Below are positions 13,746 through 29,074 of a DNA stretch of 64,000 nt, in pieces (the stretch's first letter is position 1; each line of letters opens with the position of its first letter). The position numbers and the translations under genes are program-made. The notes under the pieces were generated by a model. The model saw nothing but the letters and a program-made list of their open reading frames with translations. It was not told where the DNA came from and did no database searches. Location of the stretch: the NCBI GenBank assembly GCA_030141605.1, contig JAQGDQ010000296.1, positions 225,273 through 289,272 on the forward strand, read 5' to 3'. Origin of the DNA: Tubiluchus corallicola. Its lineage: Eukaryota > Animalia > Priapulida.

Positions 13746-16700
13746 AATGAAATGTTATTGTCACCAACTTAAATTCAAAAAGGCAAATCAGAAATCGATG
13801 CGGAAGGTTCCCGACAATGCATTGCAAATTCGTTGAGGTCTATAATGAATTTTTTTTAAACTTTTGATAGTTATATTTTCGACAAACTGCCTCACAAGTG
13901 CTTTACATTATTTTACGAAGAGCCCCTCAAACTAGCAAGCATACCAGATATAAAAATACCCCGCCTTAAAGTTTTCGCATGTAAAACTTTCAAATATGTT
14001 TGTAGAATGAGCCCGTATATTACATGAATAGCTAATTTACTTTTTTGTCATCTAGATTATGCAAGAGAAAAAAAAGAGAAAAATAACGCGAGTGTACAAA
14101 ACAAAGATAGGTTTACATCACGGACCACTAGTTTGACTTTGCTGCTCGACCAAACATTGTGCAAATAAGACGTGATTTAGAAACGTGTTTAAACTTTTAA
14201 TAAAAAACTGGAAGCCAAAATTTTAATAAAAAATTGGAAACCAAAGTTTCATAACTGCACAGTCACTTACATTTTTGCAACTAAGCAAAATGTAAAGCTA
14301 ACTGCTATTAATTTTTGTGTTTCAATGCATTTCAGTGGTTTTGTTCTTCTGTGAGGCACAGCTCGCTTGAAAACTGCAGTTTGCACGAATCAATTGCTTT
14401 ATTAGACGAATTATTTGTTTTACTCCATTTTCTTCGTTAGTGACTTCACAATTGGTTGTTCTCGTTAGTTGTTAAACACTTTAATCAAATTATCTTTCAG
14501 TCCGACAGTTTCCTTGTCTGGCACGTCTTTAGTCTCTTGAAATTCTATTTACATGACAATTCTGCTAGAGCGTGTGTTGGAATTTTAAATTACTACTCCT
14601 TGTTTGACGGTACATCCCAAATGAAAACAAAAAGATGCAAACGATGATTATAGGACGGACTTTTAGGATCCTTATTTATTTTCTCTTTTGAAAAAAGTGT
14701 ATATATTACTATGGCATGTCAGTGAGAGAGCTTGTCTTCAAGACAGGCAAATACAGCACAATTTTTGGCACCTCGGTTGACCCTATCTATTAGCCTTTTT
14801 AAATTAAACTCAATTAAGCAAAATTATAGGTATGGATTATACTTACTATATTTATAGCTATTTGATCTCAATAACTTTTGCAGGTGTGATCCATTTGCTG
14901 TCTGGAGGAGCCTTGCATATGAAATTTCCTAAAATTTGGAATTGCGATTATCAATACACAAGAGAGCTTTTAAATCCAGCAATATGTTGTTTATTTTTAA
15001 AATCCGATAAGCAATCGCTTATCGGATTTACCAAATAAAAAGGTTCGAATGACAGGTGGATCACCCTGAACCTCCCAACCGTTCTGTCAAACAAGCTGCT
15101 AAAACTTGGCGCAGCGGATCACATATTCAAAATCAGCTCTGGTGAATACAAATAATTCCCAAACCTCACATATGGCTAAACAGCCAAAGTATACAAACAT
15201 CATTTCACTGCAAAATATGACAGCAGATTGGCTAAATCGTTTACTACCGTGTAGTAGATTAGTTTACGTTTACTTTCATTGTCACAGTTACCATTCGGTG
15301 GTGGTGGCAGCGCTGGTAATAGTACTAACTGTGACGCCTATTAGCTTTTATCTCTTATTGCAATTACTTCGATGCTTGATTTGATGCTGCTGTTTTCTTA
15401 TGGGCTTCTCGTGACATTTGCACTTATTACCAACAAAGGGTAAATGACTAGCACAATATTATACGTATAAAGATGGATGCACGCGTGCACAGGGTGCGTA
15501 ATCCAACAGTTCAGTGTGTAGTGCCACCTACAACTGGAAATTCCTGTCTTGGATGTTACGTATAATGATTTATGCGTATGATTTATGCGGACATTAATGT
15601 GACTAGCCTCTCTAATGGAAGGCTCGCTAAATGCTGGTAAGATGTTTAGGTGCTCGTTGTGTGCGACTCACATTAATAAGTGGTTCTGATTATTAATTTC
15701 TAAATGGATAACTCATAACAAATGGACATGTATTCTGCTAGCACACAAAAAGCAAGTGCAAAATTTAATTAGCAACACTGTTGTGGACGACAAAGTTAAA
15801 TAATGGACCTCACATTTGAATCGAATTGAATTAAACTGAACTGAAACGAATTGAATTTCACAATGAAAAAACACGTGTACATACATTTTTATAAAGTGAA
15901 GGTGGATTGCATAGCAAAATCAGTCTAAGATGCAAAAGGTGGCAAACACATCCGCTGTGATTTCTGTCATGAACTTGCAAAATGGCGAAAGCACACTCTT
16001 TCTTATGTAAAACATTTTGCTGTGAGTTATTCAACTGCTTATATTTATCGAAAACTCAAATATAACTAGCTAACTAAATTAGGAATGAACTTAACTGTGT
16101 GCTCAACCTATTAAAAATAAATAAATAAATAAATGTACGTATGTATAAATAAATAAATAAATGTATATGTATATGTATATGTATTAATGCATGTAGGTAA
16201 TACATGCAATGCAGTAGAGCTAAAATTGTTTTCTTATCTTGTCAAAGAGCAGTCCGGGCGCTACACGCTGATACGGAATCCTCGGTTGTATCACTTGGAA
16301 CTGTTTCAGCTCTCCATCTCCGTCGTTCTGTTAACATTATTATTGAACTAATGTATTATGTAGCAGCTGGTGTACTTTCAAACGGGTTTAAATTACTCTT
16401 AATGCTCACAAATTTTCACCCGACAGTGGTGATTGCGATGACATGATTTGTAGTATGTAATGTAATACTGGGTAAGCTAAATGAGATTACCGTTATTTTT
16501 CGTTCACAAAACTTCCATACGTTGCCAAAAACTTTAAGTCTTCTGCATACAAATGTTACTTGCCCGTCGGAGTTCAACTTGGAGATAGTGAACGACGTAG
16601 GAGGGGATTAGCTTATTGCGCCCCGTATTTGAACGTTAGGAAAGATAGCTGCATACTATTGTGCGCTTTGTCTGACCAGCCACGTATGAACTATAATATG

Positions 16701-17734
16701 ACAACGACACATCGATGACATTAAATTCATCTTGCACTCATTAAACTCATTGATTTTTAAGTCATTAAACACTGTGCAATTTCTCACTACTTATAAGGAC
16801 CAACGATTCTATTCAGCACACGTGAGAGAAGTTTCCTAAAGCTTACAACAGAGTGCAGTCTTTGTCGTCATGACAGTGGCTTCAGAATTTTGATTCGGTT
16901 CTGACCATTTTTGTTGCTGAGTAATTTTCTGATTAAAATAGATTGCGCGTTGTGATTAATGCACAGTAAATGTTCGGAATGCGAATTGCCAGCATGCGAG
17001 TGTGTGCGACTTTACAAGCCAATATGCACAAAAACCTTATTCTAAAAGAAGAAATACTAAGTGTCCCAACGACAAAATTATTCAAAAGTGTTAATCTGGT
17101 AAATAACTTTAGAAGCTTCTACTTCGAGTATTACGTTATTAATTCGAACGGCGTCTCTTTTAAAGTATTGCTTTCATTGTATATGCTCACCATCGCATTT
17201 ACAATACTTTTTGCAGCATCAAATGTGGCTTGATAAGTCTACTACAATGATTTTATGCCATGCTTTAGAGTCTGCATGATAGCTACAAAGGAAAATGGTG
17301 CAAAAACTTTAATTGTAGAATAAAAAATTCTCATTTACTGAGTAAAAGACTAAAAATTTACCACGAGATGAACGCTGTTCACCTGCAAATGAAATTGAAA
17401 ACCATATCAATGGTAATTACTAAAAAGGCAAAAGAAAATGACAAGATGTATTTACCGTCTTCTTTACCGAATCATTTACCAAAACGGTTATTTCGAGACT
17501 TACGTTTACAACAATTGTAAGGATGAACACACAAACAACGAATAACAAGTAGGATATGGTGAAATACTTTTTTGCAAAATTTTGCAGATGCCGTAAGGTG
17601 CCAAAAGCTCGTTTAACGTCCGAAATAAACCCAACACTGAAGACCCATCCAACATTTTAAAAATTAATTCGGTCGCTTCAAACAGCTGTGAAATTAACAC
17701 GACCGCCATGTTGACCGCCAAAGCCGCAAACGCC

Positions 17735-18790
17735 GCAACAAGTAGTCAACAATAGTCGACCGCAATAAGTTTTCACACACTTTAGCAAGTACACAGATAA
17801 ATGTTAAAGGTCAATAGTTATTAAAATCATTGGCAGGCTTTTTCTTTTACATCGATGTCATTCTTCCAATTAGTTGGTATAACAACAGAGTCAAGCGTTT
17901 TTCTGAAAATCGTCCAAACCGCTAGTGCAAAGAATTGATGCTAATTCTTTTAATACTTTCCCATGTATCCCAGCAAGATCCATTGACTTAAGGGTATTTA
18001 CTGCACACAATGCTTTCTGGATGTCTTCCACAGTAAAGTCTATATCTATCAGTATAGCAATATGATTTTCTGAAACACCTCTTCCAAAACTCTGATCCAC
18101 ACTTATATTGGTCCGACAGTTGAACGTACTAGCAAATTTTCCAGTTACGATATTAGCAACTTCGCTAGGCAAATGTTTTTCAATACCATGCACTTGAAAA
18201 GGGCCTACAGGATTATGTAGAATGCGCACATTTGTCATGTAAATCCAAAAGCGTTTAGAGTTATCAACACAGTCACTTGGAACTTTGCGTCCATATTCGA
18301 GTTTGGCTTCTTAACATACTGAGGGGACATTGCGACATGCGTTGCAGTATGTTGTATTATTTCTTCCAGTTGGATATATCTGCAAGATACTAAGTCTATG
18401 CATTTTTGTATTTACAGCAGTTTGTACGTTGGCATCGTACCATTCAGGCTATAAGTTTTCAACGTGTTACGTTTTCAGAATAAAATTATCTAAAACACTT
18501 GCGACAAGGTCTTTCAAGTACTGCCGCGCACTTAGCAGTCTCTCGGCACTTAAATCGTTTGTATCAGTAATAAGTTCAATGAATGATAAAGCCATTCGCC
18601 ACGCTTCGCAGTGATCCTTACTATATACATGCGTCAAAGAGATGTTCTTCTTCACATTATATTGGTACAAGAATTGCACTTTCTTGTGCTCTGAAAGACA
18701 AATTGATGGACATGACTGGGCGTCAGAAGCGATGGTCAATGGGTGTTTTGTAAGACATGTTGTGATAAATCTTTAACAAGCTGCGGCCTA
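17735..18790 (-). mobile_element. Degenerate CR1/L2-type LINE ORF2 fragment (end of APE endonuclease to start of reverse transcriptase)
   Basis: Across frameshifts and stops: CLSEHKKVQF (SDH-like), NSKRFWIYM, DIDFTVEDIQKAL..KSMDLAGIHGKVLKELA, IFRKTLDSVVIPTNWK, NNY*PLTFICVLAKVCE (NYRPISL-like). Confidence 0.85.
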
Positions 18791-21700
18791 TTAAAGACAT
18801 ACATGAGGAACCAAAATGCATAACATTAAATAACTCAACTAGAATCACGAAACTTGCAAGATAGACACTTGGAGCAAGGGCTCAGACAATGTACACCAAA
18901 ATACTTAAGACTGTTTAAATTCCGAGACAGGGGCCGAGAATACGAAAATTAGGGCAAATGGCTTTGTTCCTCAAGTCGTAACGTTAAATAATTCCAAAAC
19001 TCTGTACCCGAGTCCCGAAATTTCAATCTTCCAGGATAGACAAGCATTTAGCTAATGTTGGGTAGGTGTGCACCTTAATGAGCTTAAATAGGATCGAAAT
19101 GTAAAAATGAAGGTAAACTGTTCAATTACACTTGAGTAAATCGCAATGGGCCAGTTACAGTCAAGTGATTATTAGTCACGAGAACGATGCACACTTATAG
19201 GCGTGATGATCTACAAGTATTGACATGCGTTGACCACCCAGTTATAATCTGTGAACACGGTCACACGGCGTTGTACTCACGAATTTGAATAAGATTTCAT
19301 TCAGGCTTGTGGGCGAGTCTTACAAATCACGTCCAAACGGTTTTTAATTGAAGTAATAGCCGAAATTAGATAATGGTAAAATCTGTTATTACGATATTGC
19401 TTCTAAAAGATTAAACACAACGTTTCTATTACAGGTAACTACTAAATACCTGGTTCTACAATTGCTGTGTGTCAGCAAAAAAATCTATCTTTGTAATTCT
19501 AAGCAGTTACAAAAATAAGATGAAAATAAATTGTATTAATAGTGCCTGTTTATCAAAGTATGGTCAAACTAGTATCAACACTAATAAAACAATTTCCTTG
19601 TTTTGTTAAAGAATTATGCTGTGGCGCATGCCATCAAGTTGAGAAAGATGCAGATGATTACGAATAATGACTCTCATTAGTAATGACGAGTGCAGAACAG
19701 TCAGTGAGTGGACAATTGTCCTTTAGTCTTAATTATGGTTCCTCGACAAGTTGGTCTCTAGGTATATTGTGTTTTATTATAATGTGAGATCACATGTAAC
19801 TTTGTGAGGACAGAAATATACAAGTTGGTGATGGCGTACGTTTAACTAAACGTTAGCACTTTCGTTGTTTTTGGCTAAGTAAGTATGTATATACAGTACT
19901 TCTGAATGTAACTGTAACGCATCTGCAGTGTTTAATCCTCAAGTATTATCTGCGAAGATGGACGTACTTGTGATATCGCCTTGAGTAGCTAATTTTGTAG
20001 TGTAGTAAGATACTGATGGCAAAAGTTATTAATATTATCTTCTGCCTCTGGAATTTTTCACCGGTGCAATTAGTAACAAAATACAGTGCGCAACAGAATT
20101 TTTGTATTACATCAAGCAGTTCAATGTACATGCAAACTGCAACAAAGACTTTATTCTAATTGTTTAGGTACTGAAATTGCTGACGACAAATCCAACCGAA
20201 CCTGTGGACATTACACAATGTGATATATATTTTATTTGATTAAAGATATAAATAGAATTTTCGTAAGTGTTGGAGTTATAATCGTAGTCGTGCACTTGGT
20301 GTTAGGTCGCGGAGATCGGCCGTAATTAATTTTCGTCACGTTTGTCATGAGAGCTGTAGATCGATATTTGTATGAAATTTGTGAAAGTATTTTGCCGTAA
20401 CACAGGCATGTACTTTTATGCCAATATTAGTAATGCATAAATATGAAAAACTTGTCTTCAGCGCCTTTTATTTGTGATCGGTACTAGACGAAACAGTAAG
20501 AGGCAGTTAAGGTAGTAATCATTCATTCATCTTTAATCATCATTATCCAAACGCTTTCGGTGAGCGATGGCACCATTCCACAGTGCTGCTAATCCTTATT
20601 TAGCCCTTTAAATTAAGATATAATACATGCAAAGGGAATCATATTGAATCATACATTTTCAACCAATTATGATTATAAATTTACAGTTTTACACATACAT
20701 GCATTTATCTGATCGTTTCATCTATCGCTAACATCCAGACTTTAAATGTGTCATGTACTGGTCTGGTAGTTTCTTATTTTAATCTGATGTCTAATTTTAA
20801 ACGTTCAATATTAGTGCAACAAATCATCGTTCATGTGAGCCACACAACTCACACACGAGATGCCAAGATATAACACTTTTTGTATTATGATCACACAAAA
20901 TTCCTGCATTTCTTGACAATAAAAATCTTTCACATAATTTCAAAGCATTGAGCAGAAAAGTACCCCACAGTATTTCAGGACCTTGAGCAGCAAATTGTTT
21001 TGATGCATTGATCAGCTTTCTGTTAGTTAGAGCAGCACTGATAGGATTTTATAACAGGCACTAAAGCGGTTGATAAAGAACGTGAAAAAGATGTAAAGTA
21101 GTTATAGAAGGCCTGCTACTAAAAGAAATAAATAAACGCATTAAGATGTACCGATAGCAACAAGGGCACTTTCTTTTGAAAACGAGTTAACTGGTGCCTG
21201 AGAATTTGCGCTAGCTTGATATCTTGTTGTACTGCGGTGCCTAGTAGCGCTTCAACAAATTTCGTGGTACCACGTACGCTCCCTAACCGTGTACTGCAGC
21301 CAATGTACCACGAGTCGGTATATGGAAAGGTAGTCTTAGAGTTAAACGATTTACAAAAAGTATATAGCCTGTACGGCAAACCATAAGGCTTGCATCTCTT
21401 TCTCCGTCTATCTTTCTACCTGTCTGTCTGTCTGTTTGTTTATCCAACCGACCAACCAACCAAGTGATCGAATTCAAACTAACACATTCCCTAAAATAAA
21501 ACTGGCATTACATAAAATGCCTAGGCAAATTACTGAATGTTTGTTTTATTTTTAGATTAACTAAAATGTATTCAGGATTCTATAAAATAACTAGGGAAAG
21601 TGAATACAGAATCTAAGAATTGCATACTCTGTCTAGATAAGTTTTTGCTTTATGTATAATGCCCACGAAAAATATAGAAGGAACCACTTTAGATATTTTA

Positions 21701-23101
21701 CTCGGCTTGTATTGGCTCTCCATAAAATTTTTAGTCATTTTACAGAATACCCAGTTTCACACTTTGCCTGTATTAAACATAAAGTAAATTCTAGATTATC
21801 ACATAAAGTTACCCAACTTGCAGGAGAATGGATGGAAAATGTTTGTGAGGAACTATTTTTACCGCATCGTTTCTGTATTTCGAAATAAAGTGTTGTCTGG
21901 CTGGGCAAGTAATTATAAAAATATATGACATATATTTAAAACGAATTATGCCAAAACTGGACATGACATTACAGGTGAAAAGTTCAAAAAATGCTTGGAA
22001 TTTCTGCTGTAACCCGAGTTTAGAACATTGAGTAATATGAACCGGCACTGAGCTTCATCAATTAAATCATGAGAGCCGTGTAATTGTCAAGTACGACTTC
22101 ATATGAAAGCATGAAACCATACTAGGTGATATGAGATATTTTCCTGAAGTAAGTGAAAATAAATCATCTAGTCTGGTTTCCCGAGAAAGCTAAATCTGGC
22201 AAAACACACGACTCGTAACACGAGAAAGCAACATGGTCGCTTTTTGGGGACTATTGCCGCAACGTTTCGCATTCAATTCTGAAACTTCTTTGTGAACAAT
22301 ATGATGAAGAAATGAGAATGTGTGAGTACTCATGCAAAACTGACTGATAAGGAAACAGTGAATGAACAACGAATGATTATACATTCACATCTGAAAATCT
22401 TCAAAACATTAGCTGAAAAAAACGTACATGCTATATTCCTAACTAATAGCATACATGTATACATATAAATACGTATACATGTATAAAAAAAAATTATCTT
22501 TCCCAAAACATGTTTTTAAAACAAATACACCACAGTTTATAAAAAAGGCTGAATCGAAAAATTTTCTTAAGGATTATAAAATCCGTATATTATTTGTTAC
22601 ATTATTTAAATGCACAATTCCTATAGTATGTAAATAGCCTTATTAGTGCACAGTTCTTAGTTCACGACCTAATTTCTACTTGTAAGCATATGTACTAATC
22701 ATCACGAGTCAATAGAAAAGGTCCTGATGTCACCAAAATACTTGTTTTAGGTAAAACTCAAACATGATACAAATCGTCATTAAACACTGGATAAGATACA
22801 AGCTTATTAGGGTACAAATTTCGCTATATGTATCTGGGCTATATTATATCATCAACTTTGTATTCCTGGCTGCCACAATTTACTGTGTACCTGTGGCTCT
22901 ACTAAAACTATAAGGACATTGTTTTTCTGGCAAATCATTCAGCTATTTTGTAATCATGGGAAAGAAAGATGAAAAAGACGAAAAGGATCGTGAGTATCTA
23001 TAAAAATTCTATATATCTGTGTTATCATATGTTCATATTCTCTTACAGTGAAGCATTTTTTGTTTAGCAATACTGCACATGATTTTATCTTCCAAAACGT
23101 A

Positions 23102-23665
23102 ATTTTTCTCCTCGCAGCAAAGTTGCAAGAGGGACATAGTGATCTCACCGTACGTCCGTAGTTCCACTGTTGGCCCCATGGAGAAGTTCCACGCCAAACT
23201 GTTTGCCTAAGCTTGCATCTTTCATGTGTGTATTACTCATCAATAGAGGAAAAGCCTTCTCGATTTCGTGATCCCAGGACCAAAGCTCAGAAGACCTGAT
23301 ACTTGAAATAGCTTCTCAGAGCATGTTAAGTTAAGGCCATAAGCTTACGTTTTTCCCGTCAGGTCGGTCATCAACAGGGGAAGAAGCCCTTCAATTTTGC
23401 TGTCTCAACGCAACGGCCAGGGTCTCAAGGCACGATATTTGGAAAGCCATATGGATGGATTTTGAGCTCAAATAGTTGACCCATCTTAGGTCATGTTTCA
23501 CATGTATGATTTTGGGGTTCCAAGGTCAAAGGTTAGGGTCACAGTATACACAGTGTGTAAACACATTTTAAGCCCGTATACGTGACCTTATCTTTCACGT
23601 TCATGTCGCCCATCAACAGAAGATGTGTACAACGCTCATCAACAGTAGAAGAATCGTATTGACTA
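23102..23665 (+). mobile_element. Degenerate Helentron-associated (HINE/DINE-like) element
   Basis: T-run, short 5' hairpin and CGTACGTCCGT, then diverged subrepeats carrying CATCAACAG..AAG and GGTCAAAGGTTAGGGTCACAG. Confidence 0.45.
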
Positions 23666-25865
23666 AGTTTTACTAAGTTAGTGAAGCCAAGTATGTGGGC
23701 AGATCATCTCAAAGACTGATTGATAGAGTAAAACAAGACATAGCGGTATGGGTAAGAACTAAATCCACAACCACTAGAACTCAACCAGATAAACAAAGCA
23801 AAAGTAGTTATAAGCTATAAACCAAGGCGAAGCCACATCTGCCATAGCCCAACATCTAAACAACCATCAATCATGACCAGATAATCTCAATAATTCAAAT
23901 TTCAAAATTATATACAAGTGCAGATTAGATTTCCACCTTAAAATTTTGGAAGCAATAATCTGATTGGTCTATCGCTCTGCTTCCGCTGTAACGTAAGCAC
24001 GCTCAGCGACTTTCGGGATAACAGCTCACCCTGAACAACAACTGTCTCAACTAAACTAAACCAAACAGCATGACAGTCACAACTAATGTCTAATCAGCTG
24101 ATAAACTGATTGCGCTTTTTCATAAACACAGATTTGCAGAGCAGCAGCTATTTTTACACGAAATTAACACTTCAAGTAGCCAAAAATGACTTTTCAATTT
24201 AAACAGAATGTAGAGACGTGGTTTCAAAGCACTACAAAATACAGGGACATAAGCATAATAAAGAAAAGTAAGCCAGTTAGCTTTGCTTTGCAATAAATTA
24301 GCGACAAAAATATTGTCTCTCTTGCCTTTGAACACACGAACATCATACATGCCTGCGATGTATTTTTCTATATTAACTGATGATGTGCTCGTCTGAAAAA
24401 TTTATTCAGTTTAGTATTTTTCCGTTGTCAGGCTAAGGAAATGGAATAAATTTGATTGTTCCATTCCATAGACGACCCTTATATTGAATGTTCGAGTTAC
24501 ATACGTCCCAATGGCATCTTTTAACCCTGATTATAACCAGAAAAATAGCGAAAAATAGCTAATACTACATTGATGTATAATATAGGTTTTGACCACATTT
24601 GAATTAATTTTGACTGTGAAGATCTCATTGAGGTATATATTAACTGACCAGAAAAAAACTAAACTAAACTGCGTATTTTCTTGACTGCAAAATGGTTTAA
24701 TCAGCAACTCATAGACGTAAGCGTTGTGCATTTCTTCCTATAAACGAAACTAAACTATATATTTTCATAAATTCATTTGCAATTTCAGTTGACAATAATA
24801 AAATCTAGAACCAGGCTAATATTTCTCCTGCTAACAAATGAAAAGTTGAGCATTTTTCATAACAGCATTAGACGGAGCTGTAGCTAAATGTCCCGAACGT
24901 ACCTGCGTTAATTAAGCTCTGCAGGTGTGTGAAATAACTTGCACGCTGATTGGGCAGTCAGCGAAAATGACTGACATTATGTTATGTCAACGAAAATAAC
25001 TGAAAATAAATGACAATTGCAGAAGTAGACACAGAAGAGTTCTGCTGAAAAGTCTTAGGACTATGTCTTTCAATTTAGTTAGTGTATGATTGCATAAACC
25101 TATGCACTGTGCAGTAAATGCTGAAACTTTACCATCATGGTCTTCGTACAAATGAAAACATTATTGGAATTCTGTACCACAAAGAACCCTTTTATTCTGT
25201 CAAGCTTTGTAGGTTTTTCGTAAAAATTCGTAAAGCAGCACTGAAGGCAAAATATGACCGCATGGCAAAACGTAGTTTAGACGTTGCTGATAACCATAAT
25301 GAATTTAATTATTTTATCGTTTTAATATACTAATGTTATATTGTTTAAAATATTAATGAATTAATATTTTGTAATTATTTTAAATATTTTATTTTATGAA
25401 TTTATTTATTTACATGCGCAGCTCGAATATGGCGTTTGTACAAATACTATACTTTTATTTCCAATTATTTTCCGTTTCCTCTACTCAACCTCAGGGCCAA
25501 AAGAGTAGCAATATATTTCAGTTTTTTTCTGCCGAAACTCACAGAAGTGGCAGTGCTACAAATGCAGAGATGTGCTGTGGGACAGAGTATTGCTACATGT
25601 GCAGACTCTATATTGCAAAAAGGATAGAAATTAATTACCCATGCATACTATAGTAGTAACAGCCCAACTGTAGGCCTACCTCAAGAACTTTACTTAATGA
25701 TTAAACTTCAACAAAATTTTGCTATGTTTAAACAGAATTTTATAATTTGCAAGTTACAAGTTAACTACTTCTGATAAATGTTAGCGATAAATGATACTTT
25801 ACTCAAAGTTGTAGTATAGTGTAGGATAGTATACCACTTATTAATTAGCAAGTGACCGATAGGTG

Positions 25866-26078
25866 GACCGGTAATAAAGTCACGGGAAAAAAGTCGCGGA
25901 AAGTTACAATTTTGGCTAGGTTGAAAAATCACTGGAAAAAGTCAGTTAATTTTGTCTAAGGTTCGGATTAAGGTTAGGGTTAGGGTTATTTATTTTTTTC
26001 CGTCCTCTTTCTCTTGTGATTTTTTTCCTGTGACTGTTTTCTGTGGCTTTTTACCCGTGATTCTTTTAGCTGGATTCC
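25866..26078. mobile_element. Palindromic MITE-like element with a central (TTAGGG)-like core
   Basis: Left-arm subrepeats AAAGTCACGGGAAAAAAGTCGCGG are mirrored by TTTTTTCCTGTGACT..TTTTTACCCGTGA; core GGTTAGGGTTAGGGTTA at ~25972-25988. Confidence 0.55.
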
Positions 26079-26282
26079 TGTGATAACGGGGGCGCAAAAT
26101 TTACTCAGCTCCGTTAAAGCAGAGCGTTCACATCCAGTGCCTTACAGTTGCTTTTTAAGTTCGGCAGTAGGTTGCTTAAACTCAAAACCGTCATCGTAAA
26201 GTGTAGTGGACAACTCTATTCCGCCCTGTCCAGATATTGTCTCGTTGGTCACACCTGTGAATCAATTGAATTAGGCTTTCCT

Positions 26283-26327
26283 ATAATAATAATGATAATG
26301 GTAATGATAATGGAAATGACAATGTTA

Positions 26328-26378
<51 letters not shown>

Positions 26379-26390
26379 ATGATGATGATT

Positions 26391-26441
<51 letters not shown>
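26283..26441. repeat. (AAT/GAT)n microsatellite
   Basis: Read directly. Confidence 0.97.
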
Positions 26442-26442
<1 letters not shown>

Positions 26443-28751
26443 GTTGTTGTCAGTTGTTTGTCACGTGCTCCGGTTGCTAATTATACCAGTTAGTGTTGAA
26501 TAGATTGTGATTAGGCCGTGAGGCCAAGGCTGTATAAATTTACTTATAGTTAAAAGATACTACGTCGAACAAAGTATAAATGTTAAAAGACATACATGAA
26601 TGGCAAGGAAAAGTTGCACGCTTTGCAAAAGTGCAAAATATCCAGTAAATAAAAATCAGCTATTTCTTGCAACGTGTGAAAGGTGCTTCAAAAATAGAGG
26701 CAAACGACGAATATGGGAAATGATGGACACGAGGCGGCAGAAATTGTGTTTCCTGACTTCGTACTTGTTGGTGATCCAGAAGGCGAACGATATAAACAAA
26801 TGCTAATTTCCTTGCAAATAAAAGCCAAAAATGACGAAAAAGAGAGTAAACAGACAATTCAATACTTGGAATCAAAACTAGCTGCCAGCTACAAAGAGCA
26901 GTCAACTATCATCGAAAAGGTTCATAAATTATCAGCGGAACTCTCTGAACTACAAAAAAGAAAACAAAATGTAAGCAACCATAGAAGTGATAGTTCCTCC
27001 AAAGTTCCCAGTCACACAGATAAAGCAAGTCAAACTTTGCTTGGGAATGGAGACACCTCCTCTTCGAAACACGGGAATAACGACCTTCCATCGCAAGGCG
27101 AAACCTTGCAGGAAAAGGAAACTTCCAATGCCCAATAACTGTGAGTCAAAGAAGGAAAAAACCACAAAACCATACATGCAGCCACTCAAGCGCTAGTCCT
27201 GGGAGACTCAAGGACCGTATACTTAAATCCAAAGGGCATCAGGTAAAACGTCTAGGTACACTCATACAGAGGCTTAACACTAGAAGAGTTAAGCACACAA
27301 GTGTTAAACCATTATCCAGCTATGAAACTTGAAAACGTGATCATCGCTTGTGGTGTAAATGACATAAGACGGCTAGTGCAAAAATGCAACAACATATCGA
27401 CAAAGAATCATCAGTTAGAGACATCATTACAATTGCAGACAATTGTGCAAAAAACATTGCAAGTAAGTTTAAAGTTGCAAACATTTTTATTTGTAATATA
27501 CCGCTGACTTCAAAAAGTAAGCATTTTAATGCGAAACCATGTAATGCCTTTCTGGCAAACGAGCTTATACGCTCTTTTAATGATGATCTAGTCTATTTAG
27601 CTAACAAAGAGGGTCATTTATTGTGCAACATTCAAAGTCATTTTTTAGCTGAAGAGTTAATGGCAAGAGACGGTTTACATTTAAGTCGTACAGGTGTATC
27701 AAAATTAGCACAACGACTGAACTTATGTTTGCACAATGATCCTAAGCGTTGGTACGTGAAAACAAATCGCAAGCCAATGTCCCATGCAAACCCACACCAA
27801 CACAATTCTGCAATTTCGCGCCAAAATAACTCGTTTAGTTTACGTATTGGTTCATCTCACAATACCAGCTATTCAGACGCAGTTAAGAAACCTGGTCTTC
27901 TCCCAACGCCAGTAAGTAAAGACCCACAACGAACGAGAGAGCCATCTGAACGAAGCAGTTTGTACTATGCAGAAACGGCTAAACCTATCATTATCTTAAT
28001 AAATGTTCTACAACACTGCCAAGCCAAACTGAACCGCTGCAGTTAATTCAGGAACCAGCTCTAAAATCCGAGATTGAAAACATACTAACCAAAGCCTTTG
28101 AAGAGCTTATCTCCAAGTTCATATAGGCCTAGTATCGTTTAGCTCGTTTTTAGACATTACTCTGAACTTTAAAGCTAGTCTGCGTCAACCTGTTATAAAA
28201 TCGTTTTTTTACTATGCTATTTTGATTTTAATGATGACACTGAATAACAGAAATAACATTAAATTGTTACCACTGCTGCTACTGAATTTTTACATAATAT
28301 GGCAAAATAGGCCAATCCTTCCTGACTCGTGTAAAGATTATAACGTAATAATTGTGTATACTAGTATTATAATAACAATTATCTCACCCACGTTATTACA
28401 TAATAGGAAATATTTATTTCTTATAGTACTGTGTTCTATACAAGCCTTTTTACTCACGCCGATATTACTATCCTTATGATCGTTCTAAAATTAATTTACC
28501 GCGCATGTGTAACGATTTACTGTGTAAGCCTGATACTATGCTGCTGTATTACTGCAAAAAAATTGCAAGTTAAAGTTATTTTATTAGTGTTAATAGGTAC
28601 ATTTTGGAAACCATAGTTGATATTTCTAACATATCTTATCATAAAATTACTAAATTTATTTGTGATTATGGTAGCCTTTGTATATTTAACGCCAAACACC
28701 AAATAGTTAAGTTCTTTTATTGTAACTATGCTTACGTCTTAGTTATACTAC
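26442..28751 (+). mobile_element. Non-LTR-retroelement ORF1-like unit (Cys-pair Zn finger, coiled coil, SGNH esterase), disrupted; no ORF2 seen
   Basis: CTLC..CERC (from 26600); coiled coil LESKLAASYKEQ..LSAELSELQK; SGNH blocks LVLGDS (GDS 27202-27210), SYRGLT, IIACGVND (27352-27363), RDGLHLSRTG (DGLH 27669-27680). Two frameshifts and four in-frame stops. Confidence 0.8.

Positions 28752-29074
<323 letters not shown>

Noticed and set aside
27136-27260. In-frame stops in the esterase ORF as possible readthrough or alternative genetic code
   Set aside because: All three stop types plus frameshifts occur, and the SLC15 gene reads normally in the standard code; ordinary decay explains it.
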